Made by a program: the position numbers and the translations under genes. Source: a virus (Duplodnaviria > Caudoviricetes). Taken from it: DNA of 58,120 bases. The notes under the pieces are model-generated. The model worked only from the letters and a program-made list of their open reading frames with translations. It made no database searches and was not told the origin of the DNA. This document shows positions 26,556 through 37,118 of the stretch, piece by piece. Positions within the stretch are counted from its first letter, which is position 1. Every line of letters starts with the position of its first letter. Location: positions 1 to 58,120 of the IMG/VR virus record IMGVR_UViG_3300027969_000117, one strand, 5' to 3'.

Positions 26556-27149
26556 TTATGCTACCTTAGTAAGTGGGGCAATGTTTGATACTACTGCCCA
26601 TCGTAGTTGCCCCTTTGTACCGGTATGTTTTTCTGTCCTGTGTTCTATCCATCCTGGAAACATTATTACATCGCCGGAGGATATAGGAACTTTATACCAT
26701 CCCTTAGATACACTTTTTTTAGGTTGTAGTCTCCAAAAAGATTCTAACGGATCTGCTAGTTCTAGATATCCTGAATTGTTTGGAACATTCATATAGGCTA
26801 TTGTAGTTAACGGAACACCCCTGTGTATATGAGATTCAGTTAAACTTCCGTAGTCTTGATAATTGACCCAGCTTGATAAACATCCAAATTGTATGTCCAT
26901 CATATTCCATTTTTTAAAGAGTATAGTGCCTATTTCTCCAGATAACCAATTGTAGTAATCTTGAAATTCTGTAGAGGTGTGCGGCTGTTCATTCTTGTTA
27001 TTAACTGAACTACCTGTATCACCTTGTCCCAACGCTGTCTTTATTGTTGATCCGTTTATAAGTCTATTACACACAGGCAACATACTTCCTAAGTCCCATT
27101 CGTATCGACTTCTCCATACAATATTAGGAAATAGGATTTCTTCAGTCAT
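26556..27149 (-). CDS. 2OG-Fe(II) oxygenase-like protein (TIGR02466-like)
   Basis: SWVN, HIH, MFPGWIEH, R-x4-SN motifs. Confidence 0.8.
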   Translation of the reverse strand: MTEEILFPNIVWRSRYEWDLGSMLPVCNRLINGSTIKTALGQGDTGSSVNNKNEQPHTSTEFQDYYNWLSGEIGTILFKKWNMMDIQFGCLSSWVNYQDYGSLTESHIHRGVPLTTIAYMNVPNNSGYLELADPLESFWRLQPKKSVSKGWYKVPISSGDVIMFPGWIEHRTEKHTGTKGQLRWAVVSNIAPLTKVA

Positions 27150-27653
27150 TTACCAACACTTAGTATAATCAACAATTTCACTCTGACGACTAACATCCTT
27201 GACAAAGAACGCACATACTGGCTTCGGTCCAGGTGTTAGTGGAGTTGTTAGTAACTGTCCAGGTTTCATTTTAGGGAAGTACCATTTAACATCTTGATAA
27301 ACATCAATAATGTCAATATCATGAAACTCGGGTCTAAAACTTGATAACGGATTAAAACAGAATGTTCTAAACCCCCGATCGTTTAAACTTGTTAAGGGCA
27401 ATACTTCCATATCGGGTCCTGTAGGATCCCCAACAATAGTACACCAGTCTAATGGCATATTAATTGTGTATGGTCCTACTTTAAGTACAGCGGCTGGTGC
27501 TGTAAATGATTCCAAGAAGATCAACGGAATAAAGAAATAGTCAGGGTTACTCGAATCACTATTATCAAGTACGCTGAATCGTAAATCTTCATCGATTTCA
27601 TCTGGAAGTTCGTTCAGATAAAATGTCTGATCGTCTAGTGTTAAAATTTGCAT
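27150..27653 (-). CDS. conserved hypothetical protein
   Basis: 167 aa ORF abutting the helicase stop. Confidence 0.75.
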   Translation of the reverse strand: MQILTLDDQTFYLNELPDEIDEDLRFSVLDNSDSSNPDYFFIPLIFLESFTAPAAVLKVGPYTINMPLDWCTIVGDPTGPDMEVLPLTSLNDRGFRTFCFNPLSSFRPEFHDIDIIDVYQDVKWYFPKMKPGQLLTTPLTPGPKPVCAFFVKDVSRQSEIVDYTKCW

Positions 27654-29111
27654 TTAGTATTTTACCTTTTCAACTGAGAACGGATATTTCGCCTCTTTAT
27701 AAAACTTCTTACGTTCTGTAAGATGTTTTTTCGCATATTTGCTACTAGCAGTTAAGTCCCAAATTTGTACAAAATCCTTGTCATCGGCTTTTCTTATCCC
27801 CCGTCCAATGCTTTGGATAACACGGACAAAACTTTTTCCGGGTTCCAAAAGAACCATATTAAAAATACGAGGGATATTAATACCCACAGCGGCAACACCA
27901 TAGGTAGCCACAATAATCTTGTTATCGCTTGTCGCCACGTCATCGTATTCTTCCTTGCGATCCTTTGTTTTTACTTCACCACTAATGAACACAGAATTTT
28001 CTATGTTACTAGTTATTATACGCCCTGATTCAATTCTGTCAACCAGTACTAGTGTATTCCCAGTTTCACCAATACCCTTAACTAAGTTACTAATAAAATT
28101 CATTCTATCTTCATTGGTAACTAGATATTTTAGTTCTTCGGGGTAACTGCCAAACTCTTTCCATTCGGCTGTTTGAATAATATTAACATGACAGGTACTT
28201 AATACTCCAGACTCTTGTAGTGTATGAGCCTTAACTTGATTAACAACTTCTCCTAGGCCGCACTTGATATTTTGAAAATCAATATCTTCTTTAGGCACAG
28301 TTCCTGTTAATCCCCAACGAATGGCACAATTTGCTAGATGATTAGTTAATAGTTTTTTAAGTACTTCGGCCTTGGCCATGTGTACTTCATCGACCATAAC
28401 AGTTTGAACACCATCAAGAAAAACTGCCAATGTTAACGCATCGTCATCAGTGGAATCTTTGGATTTTTTGTCTAAAATATTTAAACTTTGCCATGTACAT
28501 ATAGTATGTGTTTTGTCCAAGTTCTTTCTATCACCGTAGTACACTCCAACGTCTAATCCACAGTTGATAAAATCTTCTTCTGTCTGTTCAACAAGGCTTT
28601 TGTTAGGAACAATAGTTACTGTTCGACCATATTTTTCACAAATTTTTGATAACGTTGCGGTGGTAATAGTCTTACCAAATCCAGTAGCAATCTCTTGGAT
28701 ACATTGCGGGTTTTCGAGGAACATATTAACTACATCGACTTGGTCGCCTCGTAGTCTAATCTTTTCTCCGGCAAATCGATGGCCTTCTGGCCAAGTTGTA
28801 TCACCCCAAAAATCTTCAGAAACTTTGGCAAATTCTAATACCGGACTATTACGATGATCCTCAATTTCTGGGTCGTAACCTAAGCGGACAATTTCTTCAA
28901 TTACCTCTGGTAACAGACTCATGTACGTTGTACCACCTAGACCAAAAAAACTTGTACAGCCATCCCAACGGCCTAATTTGTACGCAGGAAGATATCGAGC
29001 TTTTTGGTCGAAATATTTGAATTTTTTAACCAAAGACTTGCGTGTGTCAAGATCTAAATTTTCTATCTTAACATTAACTTCATCTTTAATTACAATTTTA
29101 CAATATTTCAT
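27654..29111 (-). CDS. uvsW: SF2 DNA helicase UvsW-like
   Basis: ATGFGKT, DEVH, GLTGT, QSIGRGIR motifs. Confidence 0.9.
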   Translation of the reverse strand: MKYCKIVIKDEVNVKIENLDLDTRKSLVKKFKYFDQKARYLPAYKLGRWDGCTSFFGLGGTTYMSLLPEVIEEIVRLGYDPEIEDHRNSPVLEFAKVSEDFWGDTTWPEGHRFAGEKIRLRGDQVDVVNMFLENPQCIQEIATGFGKTITTATLSKICEKYGRTVTIVPNKSLVEQTEEDFINCGLDVGVYYGDRKNLDKTHTICTWQSLNILDKKSKDSTDDDALTLAVFLDGVQTVMVDEVHMAKAEVLKKLLTNHLANCAIRWGLTGTVPKEDIDFQNIKCGLGEVVNQVKAHTLQESGVLSTCHVNIIQTAEWKEFGSYPEELKYLVTNEDRMNFISNLVKGIGETGNTLVLVDRIESGRIITSNIENSVFISGEVKTKDRKEEYDDVATSDNKIIVATYGVAAVGINIPRIFNMVLLEPGKSFVRVIQSIGRGIRKADDKDFVQIWDLTASSKYAKKHLTERKKFYKEAKYPFSVEKVKY

Positions 29112-30306
29112 TATCTTCTAATTCGTCTACCCACATGATAGAATTGTATTTGTCATCTAGAATCTTTTTTAGTGACTGATGACTACCCAACGGATCACAA
29201 CTAATAACTAGACCAAAATCTATGCCACTTTTTACCAGTGGCTTTTTAATACGTCTACTAACAAATACAACTTTCATGTCTTTTCTAATGGGGGTGTTTA
29301 ATTTGTTATCTCTAACATAATCATTAAACGCTTTATTTGTAATATTGTCAACCCTAAACATCACCGTCATATCATTTTCAGTGTATCCCAGCGAAAATAA
29401 GTACCTGTGCCATTTTTTTAGGTGGCCTAGTTCTTGGTGTTCGGGGATAACAACCATGATAGAATCAATTGAATTAATCAATTGAGTAAAACAGGTAAGC
29501 TCGTGCTCTTTTGCCTTAACAGTCATTTCGTGACCAATTTCCTTTTTCAGGAATTTTCTGGTGATAGGCGAAATTTCCGAGGAATTTATGAAATTTTCAC
29601 ATTGTTCGTCCCACACGTCAATACCATATAGCTTGGCCAAAAACAGGGCATCGAGGATTTTGTCACTAGTAGGTAACGGCACACTAGAGTGAGCGTTCTT
29701 GAACGTTGGCTTGTTGTTTTCAATAACCATGGACGGAACATAGTCCTCCATTTTTTCCATAATTTCTTGGATTTTTTCATAAAATTCCAAAAATTGTGAA
29801 TCTGCCGAAAAACCAAGTGGAATCAGGTTATTGCCTAACCAATTGATACTACCTTCAGTGAGGCTGAACATCCATGTCTTCTCATCTGGGTTCCAGTCGG
29901 CCCAATCACCCGACTTGTCATTTTTAAATTCTCTCACTTTTTTGACCAAATTTTCGTCATATGGGAAAGATACCTTAATGTAGTGTTTAAATTTAAACTC
30001 AGAGTTCTTTACTACTTCAATGCGTTTGGTCTGTGGTGTAAATTCTCTTAGAGGCTGACCCCAAATTTCATTATCGATGATCCTATCAACATTGTGGCCG
30101 AGTTTAACAACTAACTGTTGACGATATTTTCGGCATAATTTCAAAGCCAATGACCCCTGCTTGATCGTAAGGGCTCGACCCATCATAATTTGATTGTCAA
30201 AACTTGAAATAATTTTTTCGTCTGGTTTGAAGACAGTTGCCTGTCCCCATGCCATTGATGAAATCAAGTCCTCGATAGTCTTAGGAGATTGGTTGTTGAA
30301 GATCAT
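29098..30306 (-). CDS. hypothetical protein with HARP-like segment
   Basis: VSFPYDENLVKKVR...WNPDEKTW pattern; between uvsW and uvsY. Confidence 0.6.
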   Translation of the reverse strand: MIFNNQSPKTIEDLISSMAWGQATVFKPDEKIISSFDNQIMMGRALTIKQGSLALKLCRKYRQQLVVKLGHNVDRIIDNEIWGQPLREFTPQTKRIEVVKNSEFKFKHYIKVSFPYDENLVKKVREFKNDKSGDWADWNPDEKTWMFSLTEGSINWLGNNLIPLGFSADSQFLEFYEKIQEIMEKMEDYVPSMVIENNKPTFKNAHSSVPLPTSDKILDALFLAKLYGIDVWDEQCENFINSSEISPITRKFLKKEIGHEMTVKAKEHELTCFTQLINSIDSIMVVIPEHQELGHLKKWHRYLFSLGYTENDMTVMFRVDNITNKAFNDYVRDNKLNTPIRKDMKVVFVSRRIKKPLVKSGIDFGLVISCDPLGSHQSLKKILDDKYNSIMWVDELEDNEIL

Positions 30307-30758
30307 ATTGTAATATCTTCCATGCCTGCGGTGCGAAGTTTAATAATGTTGGACAGTTGCCATTGTTTGATGTCAATTGCCTTAATGATACCGAGCCAGT
30401 GGTTACGTAGCAGGGCAAATTCGTTAATGATCTTGTCCATGTCTACAACGTCGGCTTCACCGTCAACATATTTTTCAACATCTCGACTGCTTAATGCTCG
30501 TTGGTAGTTTTCAAGGTATTTCTTAAACACCTTAGAACGTAGTCTGCGAGATTCTATGTTGAGGTACTCAAGGATTGCTTCGATCTCTTGAAGTTGATTG
30601 AACCTATGCTCAACAATACCAGGAAGAGCGGCAGAGGCTCGTTCTATGTTTCCATAGACTTTGATCTCTTTCCGCGCTTCATCTAGCTCTGTATAATAGT
30701 GGTCAATACAATCTGGGAGATGAGCAATGTCCTTGCTCACCTTTGAGTACCAACTCAT
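30303..30758 (-). CDS. uvsY: recombination mediator UvsY-like
   Basis: helical 151 aa, DVEKYVDGE...IKAIDIKQWQLSNIIKLR; near uvsX and uvsW. Confidence 0.8.
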   Translation of the reverse strand: MSWYSKVSKDIAHLPDCIDHYYTELDEARKEIKVYGNIERASAALPGIVEHRFNQLQEIEAILEYLNIESRRLRSKVFKKYLENYQRALSSRDVEKYVDGEADVVDMDKIINEFALLRNHWLGIIKAIDIKQWQLSNIIKLRTAGMEDITI

Positions 30759-31006
30759 TAATAGTCCTCGTCTTCCTCATAGAATGTGTCATCATCACCG
30801 TCGTCAAACGATTCTTCTTCGTCTTGTACGGCTTTGATAGCATCATCCAGGTGGGGATCGTATCCGGTATAAGTTGCCAGGTCTTCAATACTAATATCTT
30901 TTCCTAATAGAAAATCTACGTATTGATTTGCTGCCATCTCTCTATTTTTTTCTGGGATATACTCACGAAATGTATCCCAAATTTCCATAATTAATGATTC
31001 ATCCAT
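30758..31006 (-). CDS. small acidic hypothetical protein
   Basis: 82 aa with D/E-rich tail. Confidence 0.72.
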   Translation of the reverse strand: MDESLIMEIWDTFREYIPEKNREMAANQYVDFLLGKDISIEDLATYTGYDPHLDDAIKAVQDEEESFDDGDDDTFYEEDEDY

Positions 31007-31008
31007 TT

Positions 31009-32073
31009 TTATGCTTCCTCACTGTCCTCAGTAATTTTTGATGTAGTTAAAGATTCCGCCGCCTTAGCATCCCACTCGTTCATAATAACGTGTAGTTTGT
31101 CTTCGGTCCAATTCTTACGGAACTCAGCAACAATTTCACCAGTATCTTTACTGGTGTATGCTAATTTATTCCCAACTTTAGATAATACACCCATTTTCTC
31201 GAACATGTCAACTAAACCGGATGTAGGACTCATACCAGTTGAATATGGAATCTCAACTTGTACTGATTCGAACGGTTTGGCATAGCGAGTTTTCATAATT
31301 TTACATGCTGAACGAATACCCAATACTTCAGTTACCTTGTTGCCGTCGGCATCAACTTTAAGTTTGAGTTTTTTCATGGCAACTACAATAGAACTTGCGT
31401 AAACAAAGCCTTGTCCACCACTAATCTTGTCGTCTGGGTCAAACATATCTTGGCTTGCGTATGTGTGATTTGTACAAACCATACCTACGTTATAACTGCC
31501 AAACATGTTCACACAGTTACGAACAAGTGATGTAAGTGCTTTGGGTTTACGACCCATATCACCTTTCATTTCACCTGCTTCAAACTGATTAACGTCTGTA
31601 GGAGTTAGCAACATGCCCAAAGAATCAATTACAAACAACACCTTTGGACGTTCTTCCAACGGCATTACTTTATACTCTTTCATGAACTCTGAAATAGTTT
31701 TAGCTACATCGTCAATCATGGCCATATTAAGTTTAAGCAACTTATCTTCAGCTGTATCAACACCCAAATCTAGCAACCACTGTTTGTCCAAAGCATTTTC
31801 GCTGTCAACTAGGACAACAAAAATACCTTGTGCTTGAGCGGCTTTAATAATGTTACCGGAACAGATATATGATTTACCTGCGCCTGATTCACCCGCAAAA
31901 ACTGTTACTTTACCCAGGGGAACTCCCTTAAAGAAGTCCCCTGAGATAAGATAGTTTAGGGCGTAGTTACCGGTTGAGATCCAATCGGTTGGGTCGTTAA
32001 ACCCGATTCCCAAGCCATCAATAGATTTAGTGATAGACTTGCGGAACTTCGAAATATCGAAGGCCTTTGCCAT
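31009..32073 (-). CDS. uvsX: RecA-like recombinase UvsX
   Basis: GESGAGKS, DSENA, FVIDSLGML, SGGQG motifs. Confidence 0.93.
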   Translation of the reverse strand: MAKAFDISKFRKSITKSIDGLGIGFNDPTDWISTGNYALNYLISGDFFKGVPLGKVTVFAGESGAGKSYICSGNIIKAAQAQGIFVVLVDSENALDKQWLLDLGVDTAEDKLLKLNMAMIDDVAKTISEFMKEYKVMPLEERPKVLFVIDSLGMLLTPTDVNQFEAGEMKGDMGRKPKALTSLVRNCVNMFGSYNVGMVCTNHTYASQDMFDPDDKISGGQGFVYASSIVVAMKKLKLKVDADGNKVTEVLGIRSACKIMKTRYAKPFESVQVEIPYSTGMSPTSGLVDMFEKMGVLSKVGNKLAYTSKDTGEIVAEFRKNWTEDKLHVIMNEWDAKAAESLTTSKITEDSEEA

Positions 32074-32084
32074 AGTCTATCTCC

Positions 32085-33086
32085 TTACTCTGACTTGCTA
32101 CGATTACGGATCATTGCCAGAATGTTCTGAGCACGATCACTTGCGTCACCACCTGCGGATTCTGCTACTGGAGCAGGAGCAACCTTAGCTACTGGAGTAG
32201 CTGGTTCTTCCCACGGAGCATCTTCAGACTCGTCTGCTACCGGAGCCGGAGCTGCCTTAGCTGGAGCAGGAGTACTATTACCAGTTGCTTGACCACTACC
32301 GCCCATACCGGCTGGTTTGAAATATTGTCCCCAACGTTCCATATCAAATGCTTCACCGTCAACTGACGCTTCAAACATTTGCATCATAACTTTGAGTTCA
32401 ACGTCGCCGGGCTTCTTAGGCAAGAAGTCTTTGAGGTTAAATGGGCCGTGTTGCTTGATTGCCGCATTTTCTTCTTCACTCAAGGCACGTTCACGACGAG
32501 CCCAGTTAGAAGTAGAATAGTCTGCGTAACCACCCTTGCTTGTTTTAACAATCTTAAAATCCAAACCACGAACGTAGTCTGTTGGGATTTCTTCAATCTC
32601 AGAATCCATCAAAGCGGCTTTGATGATATTGTGAATTTGACTGCCGATAATGAAACGGCGGATTGGATTCTCAGGAGTCTTATCTTCCTGGAATTTTGTA
32701 TCTACTACAAAGCCTTGATACAAGTATGAACGCTTTTTCCAGTACTTACGACCCATATCTTCTAGGTTTTTATCCTTGAACCATGGACGTACTTCTGTTA
32801 GAATTGGACAGTTCTCGCCCCACATTTCCATACAAGGAACTTGTACAGTAACAGGTTTTGAGTTTGTTTCACCTTTGACTCCGGCGAATGGCAATTTGAT
32901 CATTGCTCGTTCGATCCAGAAAAAAGTGTTTGAAGGGTCTGCGTCAGGTAAGAATCTTACTGTTGCTGTTTGACCTTCTTGGATGTTCCAGTGTGGAAAG
33001 ATTGCGTTGTCACCACCGCCCGTGCCGCCGGTGTTTTGTTGACTTGCTTGTTGAAGTTTTGCGCGGATTTCTGCTAAAGTTGCCAT
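32085..33086 (-). CDS. single-stranded DNA-binding protein (T4 gp32-like)
   Basis: VRFLP, C-x7-CPI, GLDFKIVK...ADYSTS; acidic/Ala-Pro tail. Confidence 0.88.
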   Translation of the reverse strand: MATLAEIRAKLQQASQQNTGGTGGGDNAIFPHWNIQEGQTATVRFLPDADPSNTFFWIERAMIKLPFAGVKGETNSKPVTVQVPCMEMWGENCPILTEVRPWFKDKNLEDMGRKYWKKRSYLYQGFVVDTKFQEDKTPENPIRRFIIGSQIHNIIKAALMDSEIEEIPTDYVRGLDFKIVKTSKGGYADYSTSNWARRERALSEEENAAIKQHGPFNLKDFLPKKPGDVELKVMMQMFEASVDGEAFDMERWGQYFKPAGMGGSGQATGNSTPAPAKAAPAPVADESEDAPWEEPATPVAKVAPAPVAESAGGDASDRAQNILAMIRNRSKSE

Positions 33087-33148
33087 AATGTTTTTCCTTA
33101 ATGATTTAATTTATGTGCCATTTCTTTAAAGCCAACTGACTAAAAAGA

Positions 33149-33194
33149 AAAAGTGCATATAGTTAACTATACGCACTTTTATTTATCTTGTCAA
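33149..33194 (-). promoter_or_regulatory. nested early plus late promoter with hairpin/terminator upstream of gp32
   Basis: TTGACA(33194)-17-TATAGT with TAAATA in the spacer; AAAAGTGC...GCACTTTT inverted repeat. Confidence 0.75.
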
Positions 33195-33217
33195 CAAGAA
33201 TTGTATTTAAAACTGGT

Positions 33218-35470
33218 TTATTTTGCCAAACCTGCTAAACGTAGCATAACATCAAAACTTTCGTCTTTCTTTAATCTGCCATCAGCTTCTGCTGATTTTA
33301 ACATAGCGGCACGGTCAGCATAGCTTCCACGCTTAACATCTTTGGCTGCTTTCTTTTCACCTGGTGTTGGATTTTTTACGTGTTTTAATGGGTCAAACCC
33401 TTCGCTAGATTTCTTTTCAGTTTCACGACGAGCTTTATCGCTTAAATTAGTAACCTTTCCACGGGGCTCTTTATTTTTAGACTTTTCCCAATCGCCTTCG
33501 TGTTTCCAAGATTTAACTTTACCATCTTTATCTTTTTCTACGGTATCAGTTGCTTCTGGAACAGCAATACCGGCAAGTTTCATAACTTCGGAGAACTCGT
33601 GATTACTTTGAGATCGTTGTTGCATTCTGGTAACCATTAACTCTACAACTTTTCCAGCCCTATCTCCAAACTGTTTACCAGCCATAATTCCTAGTTCAGT
33701 TGCGCCCTTGCGCCATTCGCCTAATCCTTGCTCACGTGCGTGTGGGTTATAGAACGCACCAATAAATTCGGCTAGTTCTTTTAAGTTAGGTTTAGGATCT
33801 TCAAGGTGTTGTTCTTTGTTATCCATTTGCTCTTCTTCAGCAACTGGTTGTTCTACGCCCCCAGCTTCTGGAGCAGGCGGTGCTTCTGGAGCAGGTGCTG
33901 GCTCTTCTGCCGGTGGTGCTTCTGGAGCAGGTTGCTCTTCTTCGCCGCCACCTAATTGTGATAATACTTCTGGGTCATTTACTTTTAACCAAGCTTCAAT
34001 TGTCTCTAACGGATCTGCGGCAGGATCAACTGCGGCAAGTCCTTTTAGTGCTTGCTCCAACGCAGGATCTTCAATACCAATTCCTGCTAATGCTTCAATA
34101 GCACTTGTACCGTCTGGTCCTAGTGTTAATCCAGAACTAATTAGATCTTTAAATTGAGCAACTTGATCAGGAGTCATTGTACCTTCAGAGATAGCGTCGG
34201 CCCAGTTTTCAAAATTTTCAAAGCCAACACTTTCGCGTTCCATACGAGCATTATAATCATTTCTCATCCGTTCTTCTTTATCATTTAATGATTGTAAACG
34301 CTTTTTAGCAGAGTCGTCTCCACTCTTTGCTTTTGTTTCAAGGTCTTTCCTGTGATGGGCTTTTAACTCACGAGCATGTTCTGCGCCTGCCGAATTAGGA
34401 TTATATGCTTCATCTACATCATCACATTCACACTTGCTTTCTAACATACCGCACTCGTTGCAAGTTTCTTCTTCGCCTTCGTGTACTAGATCTTCTAGAT
34501 CAACAGTACCTGCTTCTTTCATAATAGAATGGATTAATGGAAATACACTTGCCAGTGTTTCGTCAAACTGTTTAACTGTAAACTTATTTTTGTAATCTTC
34601 CATTGTAACTGGATCTAATTCGCTGTCAATTGAAGACGGAACAAAACTTTCCATCCATGACTCATAAGACTTTTGTCCTTGAATACTGTTTAAGTTATGA
34701 CGTAGTTGTTCTAACTTTGCTCCAACACGAGCATGAATCATATTAGCATCGTCATTAAGTTGACCAGTTTTAGCATGACGTTTGAATGTTGCTAGTTGAC
34801 TAATTTGTTCACTCATTTGAATGATAGCAGTCCCACCATCATCATACGGTCGGCCTCCGTTAGCAACGTGACGTTGCATTGCCTTAGCGCCTGCTAAATG
34901 ATTGTATGGATATTTGAAACGTTCGCCGTCTGCATTTTCAATAAACAAAGCGTTAATGTGGCGACTACGATCACCTGCCTTTGCTTCGTCTACTGCTTTA
35001 CCATGTCGTATAACAAGGCGTGTATTTTCTAACTTGCGGTAGCTTGTCTTACTGCTACCATACATAGATGATTCGTTCATATCTGTTTCCTTAGATCCGT
35101 TTTGTGCTAGGTATTGAAAATCATTCTTATTCAAATTACCTTTTGTAATATCTCTAGTGTCAAATCTCATCATTCTTCGCTTGGCAAAGTAACGCATTTC
35201 TTTTAAGAAATCGTACCATAGTCCCCGAGTAATTGAGTCTGTACCTTCTGTAATTCCTTGACTATAGAAAATCTTTAGTGAACCGCGGTCATTGATGCTA
35301 AGACTTACACGGCCTAAATTATTGCCTTCGAGTACAAAATCGAAGTCGAAAAACCTAGCTTCTTTTGGATCACTAGTTACTGCGCCTTCTTCGGTACCCA
35401 TCTGTAAATTGGTAAAACGAGAGCGTACTTTATCAAACAGGTCTTGTGCAATGATTTCTATAATGTTCAT
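33218..35470 (-). CDS. large late protein, likely processed head/internal protein
   Basis: TAAATA-N5-ATG; conserved-looking N-terminal half, modular C-terminal half; function inferred. Confidence 0.6.
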   Translation of the reverse strand: MNIIEIIAQDLFDKVRSRFTNLQMGTEEGAVTSDPKEARFFDFDFVLEGNNLGRVSLSINDRGSLKIFYSQGITEGTDSITRGLWYDFLKEMRYFAKRRMMRFDTRDITKGNLNKNDFQYLAQNGSKETDMNESSMYGSSKTSYRKLENTRLVIRHGKAVDEAKAGDRSRHINALFIENADGERFKYPYNHLAGAKAMQRHVANGGRPYDDGGTAIIQMSEQISQLATFKRHAKTGQLNDDANMIHARVGAKLEQLRHNLNSIQGQKSYESWMESFVPSSIDSELDPVTMEDYKNKFTVKQFDETLASVFPLIHSIMKEAGTVDLEDLVHEGEEETCNECGMLESKCECDDVDEAYNPNSAGAEHARELKAHHRKDLETKAKSGDDSAKKRLQSLNDKEERMRNDYNARMERESVGFENFENWADAISEGTMTPDQVAQFKDLISSGLTLGPDGTSAIEALAGIGIEDPALEQALKGLAAVDPAADPLETIEAWLKVNDPEVLSQLGGGEEEQPAPEAPPAEEPAPAPEAPPAPEAGGVEQPVAEEEQMDNKEQHLEDPKPNLKELAEFIGAFYNPHAREQGLGEWRKGATELGIMAGKQFGDRAGKVVELMVTRMQQRSQSNHEFSEVMKLAGIAVPEATDTVEKDKDGKVKSWKHEGDWEKSKNKEPRGKVTNLSDKARRETEKKSSEGFDPLKHVKNPTPGEKKAAKDVKRGSYADRAAMLKSAEADGRLKKDESFDVMLRLAGLAK

Positions 35471-35478
35471 ATCTATAT

Positions 35479-37062
35479 TTAGTTAAAACTGTTGATGTAG
35501 ATGGGCATGGGTAGATCCATATCGTCCAGCAACCGGTCTTCTGTCATTTTTGCGTAAACAGCTGGATCCCAATCTCCTAGCATCATCATCATACGTATTG
35601 CTAGTAAAAACGCGGCCACTAGGTCATCATGCTGTGTTTCTTTTGCTTCAAATGTAACGCCACGAGCAATAAATGTCTTAAGTTCTGATATTAAACTACG
35701 ACTATGAATTGTAATTTGGCGCTGTTCAACCATCTGTTTTAGCTTGGCACACGCATTAATCTTGCTGGTATTTGTCGTGTTAAATCCCTTACGGAAACGT
35801 CTAACATGTCCTCTTTTGACTGGTTCGCTGAGAAACATGCCAGGAATAGTTTCTTCTCCCATTTCGCTGATAGCAACTAGCGCGGCTTCGCCCATTGTAT
35901 TATTTTCTACTGAGAAGTATAGATTAGGTGCCTGAGAGCATTCTTGATCGATATACTTACATATATCTCGTAAGATTCTAACCTGTGCCTGTACTGTGGT
36001 CATATTGTGATGCCACTCTGCTACCTGTATCATACTGGGTATTTCAAGTACTTCAATTGCGGAATAGTCTCCACCTGTTCCCATAGCTGGGTCATGGGCA
36101 ACAATGTAGATGGCAGATGGATCTATCTTTTTGTACCATCGAACTTGCCCCATTTTCATAATTGGTTCAGTTGATTCTAATCCTGCTAAACTAATAGAAC
36201 TAATAAGTGTCTCGTCGAATACTAAGAATTCACACTCGTGCTCACGACGGAACCGTTCTTCCCCAATACGTGACATTTCTTCTGCTTTCCACTTATCATC
36301 GCGATCAGGATGTTCGCTCCAATGTGCCTTGAACGGAAAGAATCCGTTCTTTCCAACTTCTTGTTCGTTACCAAACTCGTCTGTGCGTTTGTTTGCTTCG
36401 TACCATATTAGCGCAAATTGATCTTCGTCCGAGTTAGGAGTTGATGTAATAATTGCCTTACCACCAGTTGCTAGTGTAGGTGAAATAGATGTCCAGAATT
36501 CACTAGCCACGTTAGGCGGAACGAACGCAAATTCGTCGGCGTATAGTAATGATAGCGACATACCACGACCTGTTGTTTCTGTAGTTGTCTGTGCTACAAT
36601 ACGTGATCCATTATCAAATTCAATACTTTCTTTATTATAACTTGTAACACCGGGCCGTATAAAGTTAGGACATAGTTCATAAGCATAACGAATACGTGTC
36701 ATAATTTCTTTAGCACCAGTGTACTTGTGCGCGGCAATTAGAATGGTACTATCTGGAATAAACATCGCATACCATAGTAAATATCCGCCGGCTGTTGTAG
36801 TCTTGCCTGTTTGACGAGGTAACATATTAACATTAAAACGATGTCCGTGATAACTGTCAATTAGTCTTTTTTGATATTCAAAAGGAGCATACAACAACTT
36901 ACCTTTAGTAGGATGTTGGATATGGAAGAAATGATCTAAGAAATAATGTGGCCCATTAACAGGATCCATACAGTTCTTTAAATGCTCAATTTCTTCTTCA
37001 GTCCACTTTTGTGTAGAGTGGGCTTTTTTAACGAGTTGACTATCTAAGTTTTTACTTGGCAT
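35479..37062 (-). CDS. terminase large subunit (T4 gp17-like)
   Basis: PRQTGKTT, LLYADEFAF, ITSTPN, HDPAMG-GGDYS, HDDLV motifs. Confidence 0.95.
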   Translation of the reverse strand: MPSKNLDSQLVKKAHSTQKWTEEEIEHLKNCMDPVNGPHYFLDHFFHIQHPTKGKLLYAPFEYQKRLIDSYHGHRFNVNMLPRQTGKTTTAGGYLLWYAMFIPDSTILIAAHKYTGAKEIMTRIRYAYELCPNFIRPGVTSYNKESIEFDNGSRIVAQTTTETTGRGMSLSLLYADEFAFVPPNVASEFWTSISPTLATGGKAIITSTPNSDEDQFALIWYEANKRTDEFGNEQEVGKNGFFPFKAHWSEHPDRDDKWKAEEMSRIGEERFRREHECEFLVFDETLISSISLAGLESTEPIMKMGQVRWYKKIDPSAIYIVAHDPAMGTGGDYSAIEVLEIPSMIQVAEWHHNMTTVQAQVRILRDICKYIDQECSQAPNLYFSVENNTMGEAALVAISEMGEETIPGMFLSEPVKRGHVRRFRKGFNTTNTSKINACAKLKQMVEQRQITIHSRSLISELKTFIARGVTFEAKETQHDDLVAAFLLAIRMMMMLGDWDPAVYAKMTEDRLLDDMDLPMPIYINSFN

Positions 37063-37080
37063 GAGAATATTTACCGAAAA

Positions 37081-37104
37081 AAATAGCTCCCGGAGGAGCT
37101 ATTT
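37081..37104 (-). terminator. intrinsic terminator
   Basis: AAATAGCTCC-CGGA-GGAGCTATTT with A run upstream (T tract on the - strand). Confidence 0.75.
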
Positions 37105-37118
37105 GACTGTCTTACAGA

